From a virus: a stretch of DNA of 64,000 nucleotides. The stretch spans positions 20,230-84,229 of the IMG/VR virus record IMGVR_UViG_3300042383_000546; one strand, written 5' to 3'. Below the pieces are notes generated by a model that ran no database searches, was not told the origin of the DNA, and worked only from the letters and a program-made list of their open reading frames with translations. Within the stretch, counting starts at the first letter, position 1, and every line of letters starts with the position of its first letter. This document shows, in pieces, positions 30,265-39,400 of this stretch. A program made the position numbers and the translations under genes.

Positions 30265-30786
30265 TTATTTAGCTGTCACGTTTCCACCAAAGCTGCCTTT
30301 ACCTCCAAAGAAAGCGTCATCCCAAAAGGTTTCTTCGTTTCCTGTGAATGGTTTGTACTCAAATACGTCAAAACCTGCACTTTGAGGTATATCCCACACC
30401 TTTTTAGCTATTGCATCTTCATTACCTGTAAATGAGTGTACATCGTCTTTATTCCTTAGTATTTTGTCTACTAAGCCTCTTTTGAGGATTTCTATTCTGT
30501 CAAAATAACGCTGCCCGTTTGGCTGAATAGAAGTACCGAACCTTACACCCCAATCATAAGCTATAAGATAACTAGACTCACCTCTAAGCACAAATGGCTT
30601 ACCATTTATTGTTAAATAAGCAATTCCCTTACTATAGTCAATGCTATCAATCGTAATCTTAGGAGACCATATGTTGTTTTTATAAAAGGTGTAAAGACCA
30701 AAAACAGCCACAACACCTGTAGATATTGCTGCTATCCTTAGAAATGTACTATTTGCTTTGCTTAGTTTACTTGTTAAATCTGACAT
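30265..30786 (-). CDS. Membrane protein with two FTGNE motifs
   Basis: Start reassigned to MSDLT to avoid overlap with the endolysin; N-terminal TM. Confidence 0.65.
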   Translation of the reverse strand: MSDLTSKLSKANSTFLRIAAISTGVVAVFGLYTFYKNNIWSPKITIDSIDYSKGIAYLTINGKPFVLRGESSYLIAYDWGVRFGTSIQPNGQRYFDRIEILKRGLVDKILRNKDDVHSFTGNEDAIAKKVWDIPQSAGFDVFEYKPFTGNEETFWDDAFFGGKGSFGGNVTAK

Positions 30787-30787
30787 A

Positions 30788-31387
30788 TTAAGCCATTGTT
30801 GAATGAAATGAATCGAAATGTTTTTGACGGTCAGCCAATCCAATGACCCCGCCATTAACTCGTTTGGTTACTGCAAGTACAACTTCGTGACCATGACCCT
30901 TATCACAAATATCCCATAATTTGTTGGTATGGAAGAAAAAAGCTGCACTCATAAGTGGGTATTTTGTGGCAACTAAATCAGGATTTGCCAAAATATCGTC
31001 TTCTACAAACTTATCAAAAGCTGTATAATTATTCTTTCCTGTAAGTTGGATGTAGCCACGACCTCTAAATTTGTAGCCATCACCACTAGCTTCGTCACCA
31101 TTACCCATACGGTTGCCATACACCTTGTTTGCAATCTTTTCAGGCTGTCTAGCATACTTTGCAGCTAGTTCAGTTGTCGGAAAATATTTAGGGAATATCT
31201 TACGAAGTCCGTCTGCTGAGTAGTTTAGGTTTTCTTTTGTAAACTTAAAATGACCACTTTCATGACCGCATTGAGCCAAGAAGTGACACAACCTCAAAGG
31301 ATTGGTCACACCAAACTTTTCCATAATTGCAGGTATTTCGTCTAATACTGCCTGTGGTAACTTTGTTCCTAATTTTGAAATATCCAT
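30788..31387 (-). CDS. GH19 (chitinase-like) endolysin
   Basis: HFLAQCGHES, ENLNYS, FRGRGYIQLTGKNNY, VTKRVNGG. Confidence 0.92.
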   Translation of the reverse strand: MDISKLGTKLPQAVLDEIPAIMEKFGVTNPLRLCHFLAQCGHESGHFKFTKENLNYSADGLRKIFPKYFPTTELAAKYARQPEKIANKVYGNRMGNGDEASGDGYKFRGRGYIQLTGKNNYTAFDKFVEDDILANPDLVATKYPLMSAAFFFHTNKLWDICDKGHGHEVVLAVTKRVNGGVIGLADRQKHFDSFHSTMA

Positions 31388-31388
31388 G

Positions 31389-31859
31389 TTATTTAATTTG
31401 TGAGAATGCAAAAAATGTAAGAAAAGCGAATAGTATACTATTTAGTCTGTGAAGTTTTAGTTCAAATTCTGTGCTTTTCTCATACTTATTATATATCTCG
31501 ATGTTTTTATAATACCTATTTTTATAATCGTTCAGCGTGTCAAGATTAACTCTGTTTTGTGCTGTAAGCCTTTCTTTTAGTGCGTAGTAGTCAATTTTCT
31601 GTGTGTTTATTTGCCTATTAATTGACGCTATGCTATCAGTATATCTTTCTACATACTTTTTAAAAGTAAGTATAGAGTCTGACTTTATAAAAGACTGCTT
31701 TTCAAGTGAATCAATCATGGTATTGATTGCCCTACCTTGTTTCAGGGTAAGAACAATAACACTATCATTCCCCAATTTTTTAACTACCTGCCCCTTTAAT
31801 AGAGAAGGGCTTACTATCGTCAATGCTATTAGCAGAGTCAAGTTTAGCTTTAGTTTCAT
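31389..31859 (-). CDS. Signal-peptide coiled-coil protein, spanin-like
   Basis: Signal peptide plus C-terminal hydrophobic segment; overlaps the upstream gene; in the lysis cassette. Confidence 0.5.
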   Translation of the reverse strand: MKLKLNLTLLIALTIVSPSLLKGQVVKKLGNDSVIVLTLKQGRAINTMIDSLEKQSFIKSDSILTFKKYVERYTDSIASINRQINTQKIDYYALKERLTAQNRVNLDTLNDYKNRYYKNIEIYNKYEKSTEFELKLHRLNSILFAFLTFFAFSQIK

Positions 31860-32112
31860 TTAATTGGGTTTTTAATTGATTTACTTCACTTTTTAATGTC
31901 GTTATCTTGTCGGCTGCTTTATCGACTATTTCATTAGCCTTCTGTGCAGCCTTTTGCTGTATCTCACCATTCTTACTCACATTTTTGTTTGCGTTTTCAA
32001 TCATGTCGTTAAACTCCAAATCCTTTTTAGTTTCCTCAGTAGGATTTTGAGCACTAATCAATCCACATGACATACTCATGCCGATAAAACAAACAATCAA
32101 TAGATTTTTCAT
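31780..32112 (-). CDS. Exported/lipoprotein-like coiled-coil protein, spanin-like
   Basis: MKNLLIVCFIGMSMSCG (possible lipobox) plus coiled coil. Confidence 0.5.
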   Translation of the reverse strand: MKNLLIVCFIGMSMSCGLISAQNPTEETKKDLEFNDMIENANKNVSKNGEIQQKAAQKANEIVDKAADKITTLKSEVNQLKTQLNETKAKLDSANSIDDSKPFSIKGAGS

Positions 32113-32113
32113 T

Positions 32114-32458
32114 CTACGGATTTTTAATCTTATTTAATGATTCAAGCATTTCAAATCTTGCACTAGAAGATGCGTTAGAACTATCGAGACTCCTGATAAC
32201 AATAGTTTTCAAAGAGTCCCTGTATTCTAATTTATCTATTCGTACATTTTGCTGTACCGAATTATTTTCAAATATCTTTTTAAGGTCTACATAAACATAA
32301 GCTATGCCTGTAACAGCCAAGAATGCTATTGCTGCCGTTGGCTTTTTGGCAAACTCCTTAAAGCTAATTGGCATTTTAATAGCCCCTGTTGCTGCCTCCA
32401 CTACGCTAGAAGTCTTCTTTCTAACGGGTGCTTTTCTAGTACTTACTGCTTTTGCCAT
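32114..32458 (-). CDS. Single-TM protein (holin/lysis-associated), paralog A
   Basis: FKEFAKKP...IAYVYVDLK...RIDKLEYRDSLKT. Confidence 0.6.
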   Translation of the reverse strand: MAKAVSTRKAPVRKKTSSVVEAATGAIKMPISFKEFAKKPTAAIAFLAVTGIAYVYVDLKKIFENNSVQQNVRIDKLEYRDSLKTIVIRSLDSSNASSSARFEMLESLNKIKNP

Positions 32459-32463
32459 GTCGT

Positions 32464-32781
32464 TTATTTATACGCTGTTATAAAAGCTATTTTATTCATT
32501 TGTTCGGGCTTTATAAGAGCCAAACCGCCCTTTTGCTCCAAGTATTGAACTTTGGTAGTCAAAGACGCTACAGAGCTATCACAATGCCTTATATGCTCAG
32601 TTTTTATGCTGTCTCTATATTCGAGCATTGTTATTCTCTTATCCTGACTATCTGTGTATTTATGAAATGTACCTTTCATATCTGCATAAACGTACACTAT
32701 ACCCATAAGCACAATAAATAGCATAGCTACTATTGGGTTTTTTGCGAATGTTTTGTAGTCCATCGGAGATTTAACTTCCAT
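32464..32781 (-). CDS. Single-TM protein (holin/lysis-associated), paralog B
   Basis: YKTFAKNP...IVYVYADMK...RITMLEYRDSIKT. Confidence 0.6.
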   Translation of the reverse strand: MEVKSPMDYKTFAKNPIVAMLFIVLMGIVYVYADMKGTFHKYTDSQDKRITMLEYRDSIKTEHIRHCDSSVASLTTKVQYLEQKGGLALIKPEQMNKIAFITAYK

Positions 32782-32801
32782 TATTCCTCAGTTTTAGGTT
32801 C

Positions 32802-33551
32802 TTATTTCTTTTTGCCATCCTCTTGAGTGGCATATTTAATACCCATAATTGTTCCAACTATCGAAAAAGCGTTTGTCAGCAACACACTAAACATATTACT
32901 CCAAGTAGAGCCAATTATTTGTGTGTCTTTTCCCGTTATCATAGCCAACCAATATAAAATAGTTGTTACAAGACCAACTCCAATTATAACAGATAAAGCA
33001 ACTTTAACAATAGTTTTTATTAACTCACTTTGACTTTTTTTAATCATCACATCCAAATCATTCAAAGCAGCGTTCTTTTCTATTTCTATTGAATTTTTAA
33101 GTTTTTCAGTGTTATCTAATTGATTTTTCAACTCTTTTGAAAGTTGGTCTATTTCTTTTTTGCTATTGACATTTTCAGTTATGTCAGTAGCAATTTTCAT
33201 TATTTTAGTTATAGTGTTGTTTTCATCGAATATAGGATTGTAAGTTGCTTGTAAATAAATAGCACTACCATCCATTTTCCTTCTTTCAAACTCTCCTTCA
33301 AAGAACTTACCACTTCTTAGTGTTTCCCAAAACTTTTTATACTCTTCTGACTTTGAATATTCGTAACTAACAAATATGCTATGATGTTTTCCTACAAGTT
33401 GTTTGTGGTCTTCATCTTCATATCCCATAGCACTTAAAAATATTGAGTTCATACCCAATATGTAACCATCAAGGTCAAAATATATAATAGCATTACTCCT
33501 ATTTATTGCCTCTAGCCTACTTAGTAACTCTTCCTTTGATAGGTTTCTCAC
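32802..33551 (-). CDS. PAS/PAC-domain protein with two C-terminal TM helices
   Basis: AINRSNAIIYFDLDG...GKHHSIF...FWETLRSG..FEGEFER...LQATYNPI...KIATDIT (chemoreceptor-type PAS). Confidence 0.85.
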   Translation of the reverse strand: MRNLSKEELLSRLEAINRSNAIIYFDLDGYILGMNSIFLSAMGYEDEDHKQLVGKHHSIFVSYEYSKSEEYKKFWETLRSGKFFEGEFERRKMDGSAIYLQATYNPIFDENNTITKIMKIATDITENVNSKKEIDQLSKELKNQLDNTEKLKNSIEIEKNAALNDLDVMIKKSQSELIKTIVKVALSVIIGVGLVTTILYWLAMITGKDTQIIGSTWSNMFSVLLTNAFSIVGTIMGIKYATQEDGKKK

Positions 33552-33553
33552 AA

Positions 33554-33823
33554 CTAATTTTCCTCAGTTTTAGGTTCTTCGGATTTTGCTAAATTCTTAT
33601 TACCAAAAATGGCTTCTGCCCCTGCAATTCCGAGACAGCCAAACGTTGTATACATCAAGCCATTAAATACGATTGGCTCAATCACGAACTCTTTGCGGAG
33701 AGCACCTGTTACTACGTCTGTTAAGCCATAAACAATCATAGTTACAAATGATATAAAACCCACAACTGTTTTAGGGTTAATATCACTTTTGTCAGAAAAC
33801 ATTTTAATCAAAAACTGCTTCAT
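33554..33823 (-). CDS. Two-TM holin-like protein
   Basis: Two hydrophobic segments; start MKQFL. Confidence 0.55.
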   Translation of the reverse strand: MKQFLIKMFSDKSDINPKTVVGFISFVTMIVYGLTDVVTGALRKEFVIEPIVFNGLMYTTFGCLGIAGAEAIFGNKNLAKSEEPKTEEN

Positions 33824-33827
33824 ATAG

Positions 33828-34136
33828 TTAATTTTTATTTTCAACCGATTTTTTCGTACCAAAATAGTACGAGAATATTAGTAATACCAATGTCTTAATC
33901 AGGTCAAAGAGTTGTTTATCTTGTTCGTCATCTAAGAGTTTAATCTTAAATGCAATAATCTTATCTACGACCCAAACACCAACAAGGGCTGTAAATACAA
34001 GTAAAATAAATCTTACAAGTATCTCTTGCGTATCATTGGCGAACATTTTGTTCACGAAATACAAAGAGGATATGATAAATGCTAGTCCTAAAAGAACTGC
34101 AAAAATCATGACATATTGGTTATTCGAGCTAAACAT
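33828..34136 (-). CDS. Three-TM holin-like protein
   Basis: Three hydrophobic segments ending IFSYYFG. Confidence 0.55.
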   Translation of the reverse strand: MFSSNNQYVMIFAVLLGLAFIISSLYFVNKMFANDTQEILVRFILLVFTALVGVWVVDKIIAFKIKLLDDEQDKQLFDLIKTLVLLIFSYYFGTKKSVENKN

Positions 34137-34164
34137 TAGTAATTAAAATTAAGTATATTTTCGG

Positions 34165-34446
34165 TTACCATAAAATTTTGTCTGCGTAAAAACCTGCACT
34201 CCCTCTAACGTGCCTGTCCTTTTCGTGCCTCATTTTATATGCCTTTCTCCTTCTTTTTGCGAACTCAAGACCTTTTTTCTGTTTCCACAAATGAAAGTCA
34301 TTCATTCCCAAAGCTCCGATTGAGGCTATCTTTTCACCTTTGGCATTAAAAACATCAACCTTCTTGCCTTTTACGGTAGAAGGTTTAATGCTTACTCCGA
34401 GCCTCTTGGCTGCAGTGTAACTTGCTTTTGATATTTTATATGCCAT
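34165..34446 (-). CDS. Tlr6F/DUF5754-like basic protein
   Basis: ST.KGKK..V...G..G..DF...RR..Y..RH...SAGFYA..ILW (family pattern recalled, not searched). Confidence 0.7.
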   Translation of the reverse strand: MAYKISKASYTAAKRLGVSIKPSTVKGKKVDVFNAKGEKIASIGALGMNDFHLWKQKKGLEFAKRRRKAYKMRHEKDRHVRGSAGFYADKILW

Positions 34447-34449
34447 AGT

Positions 34450-34956
34450 CTATTTGTCTTTCAAAACTACCCTGCCAAGCGTCACTAGAGCTATCACTCC
34501 ACCTAAAGCCCACCAAACCCAATCTGAACTTTGCTCTTTCTCAATTGCAGGTGCAGGAGTGGGAGTTGGGTCAGGTGTCGGAGTGGGTGCAGGTGTCGGG
34601 GCAGGAGCGGGAGTGGGTACAGGGGGTGTAAGTCCACCTTTTGCAGCCAAATCCTTCTTTGCCTTTCCTTCTAGCATTCTAGCTGTGTTAGCAGCGTAAA
34701 CATCTTTATTTTTAAACCAAAGATTTACTTTACCTACTAGAACGTCATCAGCGTCTTCTACTAGTTTTTGTAATTCCTCTAGTTCTTCTCTTAATTCCTC
34801 TTTGTCTTCGTCATCTACGTCATTGAAATCATTTTGTATGTCTACAAGTGATTCATACTGAGTGTAAAAGTCTTTAATGGCTTTTTTGATTGGCTGTGAC
34901 ATTTGTTCTTTGTCAATGCCTAGTTCTTGGATTTTTTGCTCGAATTTGATGTTCAT
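34450..34956 (-). CDS. Membrane protein (acidic coiled coil, PTPA linker, C-terminal anchor)
   Basis: WVWWALGGVIALVTLG. Confidence 0.7.
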   Translation of the reverse strand: MNIKFEQKIQELGIDKEQMSQPIKKAIKDFYTQYESLVDIQNDFNDVDDEDKEELREELEELQKLVEDADDVLVGKVNLWFKNKDVYAANTARMLEGKAKKDLAAKGGLTPPVPTPAPAPTPAPTPTPDPTPTPAPAIEKEQSSDWVWWALGGVIALVTLGRVVLKDK

Positions 34957-34986
34957 TTTGTTTTATTTTATTGGTTATGTTTTGAA

Positions 34987-35700
34987 TTATAGTGCTTTGT
35001 CCTTATAGATAAGTGCTAAAAACCCGTCTAGACCTAACATTTTAAGTAAATAGCCTCTACTTTCAACAGGTACAGAAGACATTTGTGACAGCGTTGTACT
35101 ATCTATTGGTTCTAAGATTGCTTTTGTTCCTTTACTGATTGCTCTGTTGTAAGCTCCTGCATTGTAAGCAACCATAGCTTTATTAAGCTGACCTCCTGAA
35201 AGAATTGTAGTAAATCTTTCTAAAAGCCATCTTAAAATCATTGTACCTGCCATTACGTTGAAATTAGCATCTCTTTGTAGATTAGACAAAATACTACTTC
35301 TAAGACCTGCCGTTAAGGTTTTAGCCTTTAATAAATCAGGAACTCTTTGATTTAAAAGATTAACACTCTCTTGAGGTAATGGGCTATCGACTTCGCTTCT
35401 CCATTTTCTAGCCACTTCGTATATAGCCGTTGGTGTTACTTGCATAAGACCTGTAGCTTGAAACCTATTAGGAGCTGCCATAGTACCGCCACTTTCAGTA
35501 CCAATAAATCCGATAATCACACCAACAGGTATTTCATACAAAGTAGCCCATTTCTCTATGATTTTACCGTAGTTAGAATTAATCTGTTGAATCATTTTTA
35601 TGTTAGCAGCCTTAACTGATGGGGTGCTGTAATTATAAGTCCCTGCCTTAAATGAAGTTTTAATATCAGGAACTTTTAAAAATATCTTGGAGTAAGCCAT
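34987..35700 (-). CDS. Lytic transglycosylase (SLT, GH23)
   Basis: TESGG, ATGLMQV, AYNAG motifs. Confidence 0.9.
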   Translation of the reverse strand: MAYSKIFLKVPDIKTSFKAGTYNYSTPSVKAANIKMIQQINSNYGKIIEKWATLYEIPVGVIIGFIGTESGGTMAAPNRFQATGLMQVTPTAIYEVARKWRSEVDSPLPQESVNLLNQRVPDLLKAKTLTAGLRSSILSNLQRDANFNVMAGTMILRWLLERFTTILSGGQLNKAMVAYNAGAYNRAISKGTKAILEPIDSTTLSQMSSVPVESRGYLLKMLGLDGFLALIYKDKAL

Positions 35701-35710
35701 CTATATAATT

Positions 35711-35857
35711 TTAAGCGTCTTTGTTATCGTCTTCTACTTCAATGGTAAAAGAACCTTCTTTAATCTTTGTAGTGTTTTTCTTAGCTACAATTTTAGTGTA
35801 AGCAAAGTAGCCTAAACCTAAGATTGCAAGACCGATTACGATGTTTTTTAAATTCAT
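35711..35857 (-). CDS. 48-aa single-TM protein (not in ORF track)
   Basis: MNLKNIVIGLAILGLGYFAYTKIVAKK... Confidence 0.7.
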   Translation of the reverse strand: MNLKNIVIGLAILGLGYFAYTKIVAKKNTTKIKEGSFTIEVEDDNKDA

Positions 35858-35858
35858 T

Positions 35859-36440
35859 TTATTTCTTTTTTATGTACAAATATATTCCAAGTCCTAATAG
35901 TAAAATGCCTAAACCTAGCCCTTTCTTGTTTTTTCCCACAAATTCCACTATTTGTGCCCTTAGCATTCGTGCTTTTAGACCTCCCGCATATTCAGATATT
36001 TCCTTTTCTGCTTGAGGTGTACCATAAGCTCCAAAACCATAGTATCTTCTCTTTTTAAGTAGTCTTGAAAACTCCTCAGGTGTTTTTGCATTTTTCAGTT
36101 GCTCAGGGGTTACACCACCCATAGTCTTACTATAAAGCCTAACTATTTTATCGGTAGCACTATCCTGAACTGAGCGGAACTTTGCATAGTGGTCTGAGTT
36201 TTTGCATTCACCACCACTTCTGCAAGATGCACTCCTTTCGTTTGTAGGTGCAAGTGTACCTCTAGTAGCTAACGGCTGACCAATGAATTTCATACCGCTA
36301 GTATTGTTATTTGCTTTGAATACTGCTGATGTATAGTTAGCACTCTCAAAACGAGCTTGTCCTACCACAAACTTAGCTGCAGTAGGAGTAAAGCCCTGTT
36401 TAATAGCGGTATCGTATATTATTTGGTCGTAGTTAGCCAT
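35859..36440 (-). CDS. GH73/glucosaminidase-like muralytic enzyme with C-terminal membrane anchor
   Basis: QARFESANY...NNTSGMK...YAKFRS; C-terminal TM followed by KKK. Confidence 0.7.
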   Translation of the reverse strand: MANYDQIIYDTAIKQGFTPTAAKFVVGQARFESANYTSAVFKANNNTSGMKFIGQPLATRGTLAPTNERSASCRSGGECKNSDHYAKFRSVQDSATDKIVRLYSKTMGGVTPEQLKNAKTPEEFSRLLKKRRYYGFGAYGTPQAEKEISEYAGGLKARMLRAQIVEFVGKNKKGLGLGILLLGLGIYLYIKKK

Positions 36441-39400
36441 TATTTTTTCTTTTTAGCCATTTTCTCTTTTAACTGAGCCATCCTAGAGCCAACGATTCTT
36501 TGAGCTGATTCTTTAGCCTCTGCCTTTGAGTAACTCTTACCATAGTCCTTTTGAACTTGAGGTGCTACTTTTTTACGCTTTAGTAAAGACTCCTGAACAG
36601 ATTTTACTTTGTCAGCAAATTTTACTTTGCCACCTGAAGACATTTTTTCATTAACATACCAATCATATTCTATTTGTGGTTTTACATCTAATCCCTTTTC
36701 ATCTTTTAGTATAAAAGTTGCTCCTTTTTGATATTTTGACATTCTAATTATTGATTCCCATTCTTTGTCAGTTATTTTACTTCTTGGAACTCCTAATATA
36801 GTTATATCTTCTCTTGTAATTTCACCACCTTTAGCCATGTAGCCACCATCTTTGTAAAAATTCCCTGTTTTAATATTTTCAAAGTTTTTCTCTAAAGACT
36901 TTTTAGCTAGTTCTAGTGAAGAATAGCTACCTGCATATAGTCTATGATTTGAGTCATATACATTTCCGTCATCTTTGTGATAAAAGAATTTTCTACCCTC
37001 AACTTCAAAAGGCTGACCACCTTTTCTTGTCATACCACCTTTTGCCATTTTGGATTCAAAATTGTCCATAATCATTTTCAAAGTATCTCTCTTACCGCTA
37101 TAGTTTCTTGGCATTCTAGCGTGTATACCATTAATCTTAAATATTTGTACATCAACTTCTTTAGTACCTACAAACATTTTTAATTGTACGTCTTTACCAT
37201 CAACTTCTTCACTAATAAAATGCCACTTATTTGGCTCTTTCATGGCATCTTTCACCTTTTTTTCAAATGAGTCAGTTACTCCACCATCAGCCATTTGTTT
37301 TTTACCTAAAATTTGAGATAATTTTTCTTCTACTCTTTCCCTTACAACACTATCATGTACTCCTAAAACTTCATAAGGGTTATTACCTTGACCCGTTAGA
37401 GCCCAAAATCCTCTGAATGTCATTGTATCATTTATTTCTTTACCTAAATCATCGGTTGGATAATTTTTAATATACCAATCTTTAATTTTCATACCACTTC
37501 TAGCACCTTTAGGCATTACTCCACCTTTAGCCATTTTGTAATCAACTTTGACCCAATCTTTATTTGCTACTTTACCTTCTGCACCATACATTCCTTCAAA
37601 GAACTCTTTATCATTATCATCGTATTTGAAATATACTTTTCTAAACTTTCCATCATCAATTTTAGTTATTTTCAATTTCCCAAAACCTTTACGTTCATAA
37701 ACATCACCTACTTTTACTTCACCACCTTTAGCCATGTAGCCACCTTTCTCTAACATTGGTTCTATTTGCTTAGGATAATTGTTTTCAGGATAACTTTTTA
37801 CTAATCTTGCATAACCATCTATTTCTTCTTTAAGTTGCTCTTTAGTGCCATTATCCCCTTCAGAACCAACTTTTCTTAAATTTTCAGTTGGTTGCATACC
37901 ATCCGTATCTAATCTTACTTCATATTTATCTGAAAGGTAACCATCGTATATACCAATAATAGTACCATATCTCTCATTATCAACATCCCAAACAATTTCC
38001 CCTAATTTAAAATCATCAGAAGTTTGTTTTGAGTAATCTAATGAACCACCTTTTAATGCTGAATTTTTAACATAAACACCATCTAAAATATCTGAGCCTT
38101 TTAGCTTCAATGATTTATTATTCAGAGTTACCATTAACTCTTTAATATCTTCGTTTGGTATATATGTACTTGGAACTTTACCACCTTTAGCCATTTTACC
38201 TTCTGCTCTAAATTTTTCTAATAATGTATCAGGTAAAGGATTATCTAAATAATCAATATATCCTTTTGCAGATTCTATTTGCTTTTCTTTAGACATACCC
38301 ATAGATTTTTCTCCTGTTGGTTTACTTTCGTCTAAATCAATAATAAATCTAGTTCCTCTATTTGGGTTTAAAACCTCAATTACACCATTGTTGTTATTCT
38401 CTACAATACCATAACCTTTATAAATTTCTAAAATGGTATCTCCTATTTGAAAACCATGAATAAGCATACCTCCTAATTCCATTTCACCACCATCTTCAAA
38501 GAAACCGAATAGTTTAGTTTCTTTTGGTTTGCCACCTTCAAAATCTTCCAAATCTTTGTATACTGACTTCTGACCATCAGTAAATAGGAATTTACCTTTG
38601 TTTTCGCCTGAGTCTATTTTACCTATGAACTTGAACTCTTCACCGCTTTTGTCTCTATACCAACGTCCTGCAGTCATGCCACCTAAAGCATATAAACCAC
38701 CTTTTTCAGCTTTTTCCATTCTTACAGCTATTTCTTTAAGGTGCTGAGGTACGAAAGAGAATAAGTTAATTGACATTTCAGCTCTATAATTGTAAATAGA
38801 CGCACTCATAATGTCACTAACAGCTTCATAGAAGTTAGCGTCATCTGTGCCTGAATTTTCTACTACTTGTTTCTCGATTCCGAATAAACCATCTACATAT
38901 TTAGCACATCTTGCTAAACTCTCTTTTTCACTTTCTTTTGCGTTCTGCATGATTTCCATAGCAGATTCAAACTCTTTTACTGCAGTTCCGCAGATGTCAA
39001 AGTTTTCTGTTTGGTAACCGAATACGTCAATATTCTTTCCTGAACCGAAGTGTGCAGGTACTTTACCCCCTTTAGCCATTTTAGGCTTCAATTTGCCTTG
39101 TTCTACATAAGCATCAAATGAATTTTTAGATATACATTTTAAAATTGAATCATCTTTTTTGTAAAATAAGCAAACCTCATCATCTATACCTAATGATGAG
39201 TCTTTAATATAAACTTCCTCTTCACCCATCATATAGGAATTTCCTACTTGACCACCATCAGCCATTCTATATCCTTTACCTGATTTAGCAAAATCAACGA
39301 TTTCTTTTGCGTATTGATTGTCTTTATTTCCTGATACTGCTGTTGCAAAGTCAGATGCAGTTATCATTCGTCTACCAAGTCCTTGCATAATATTTGACAA

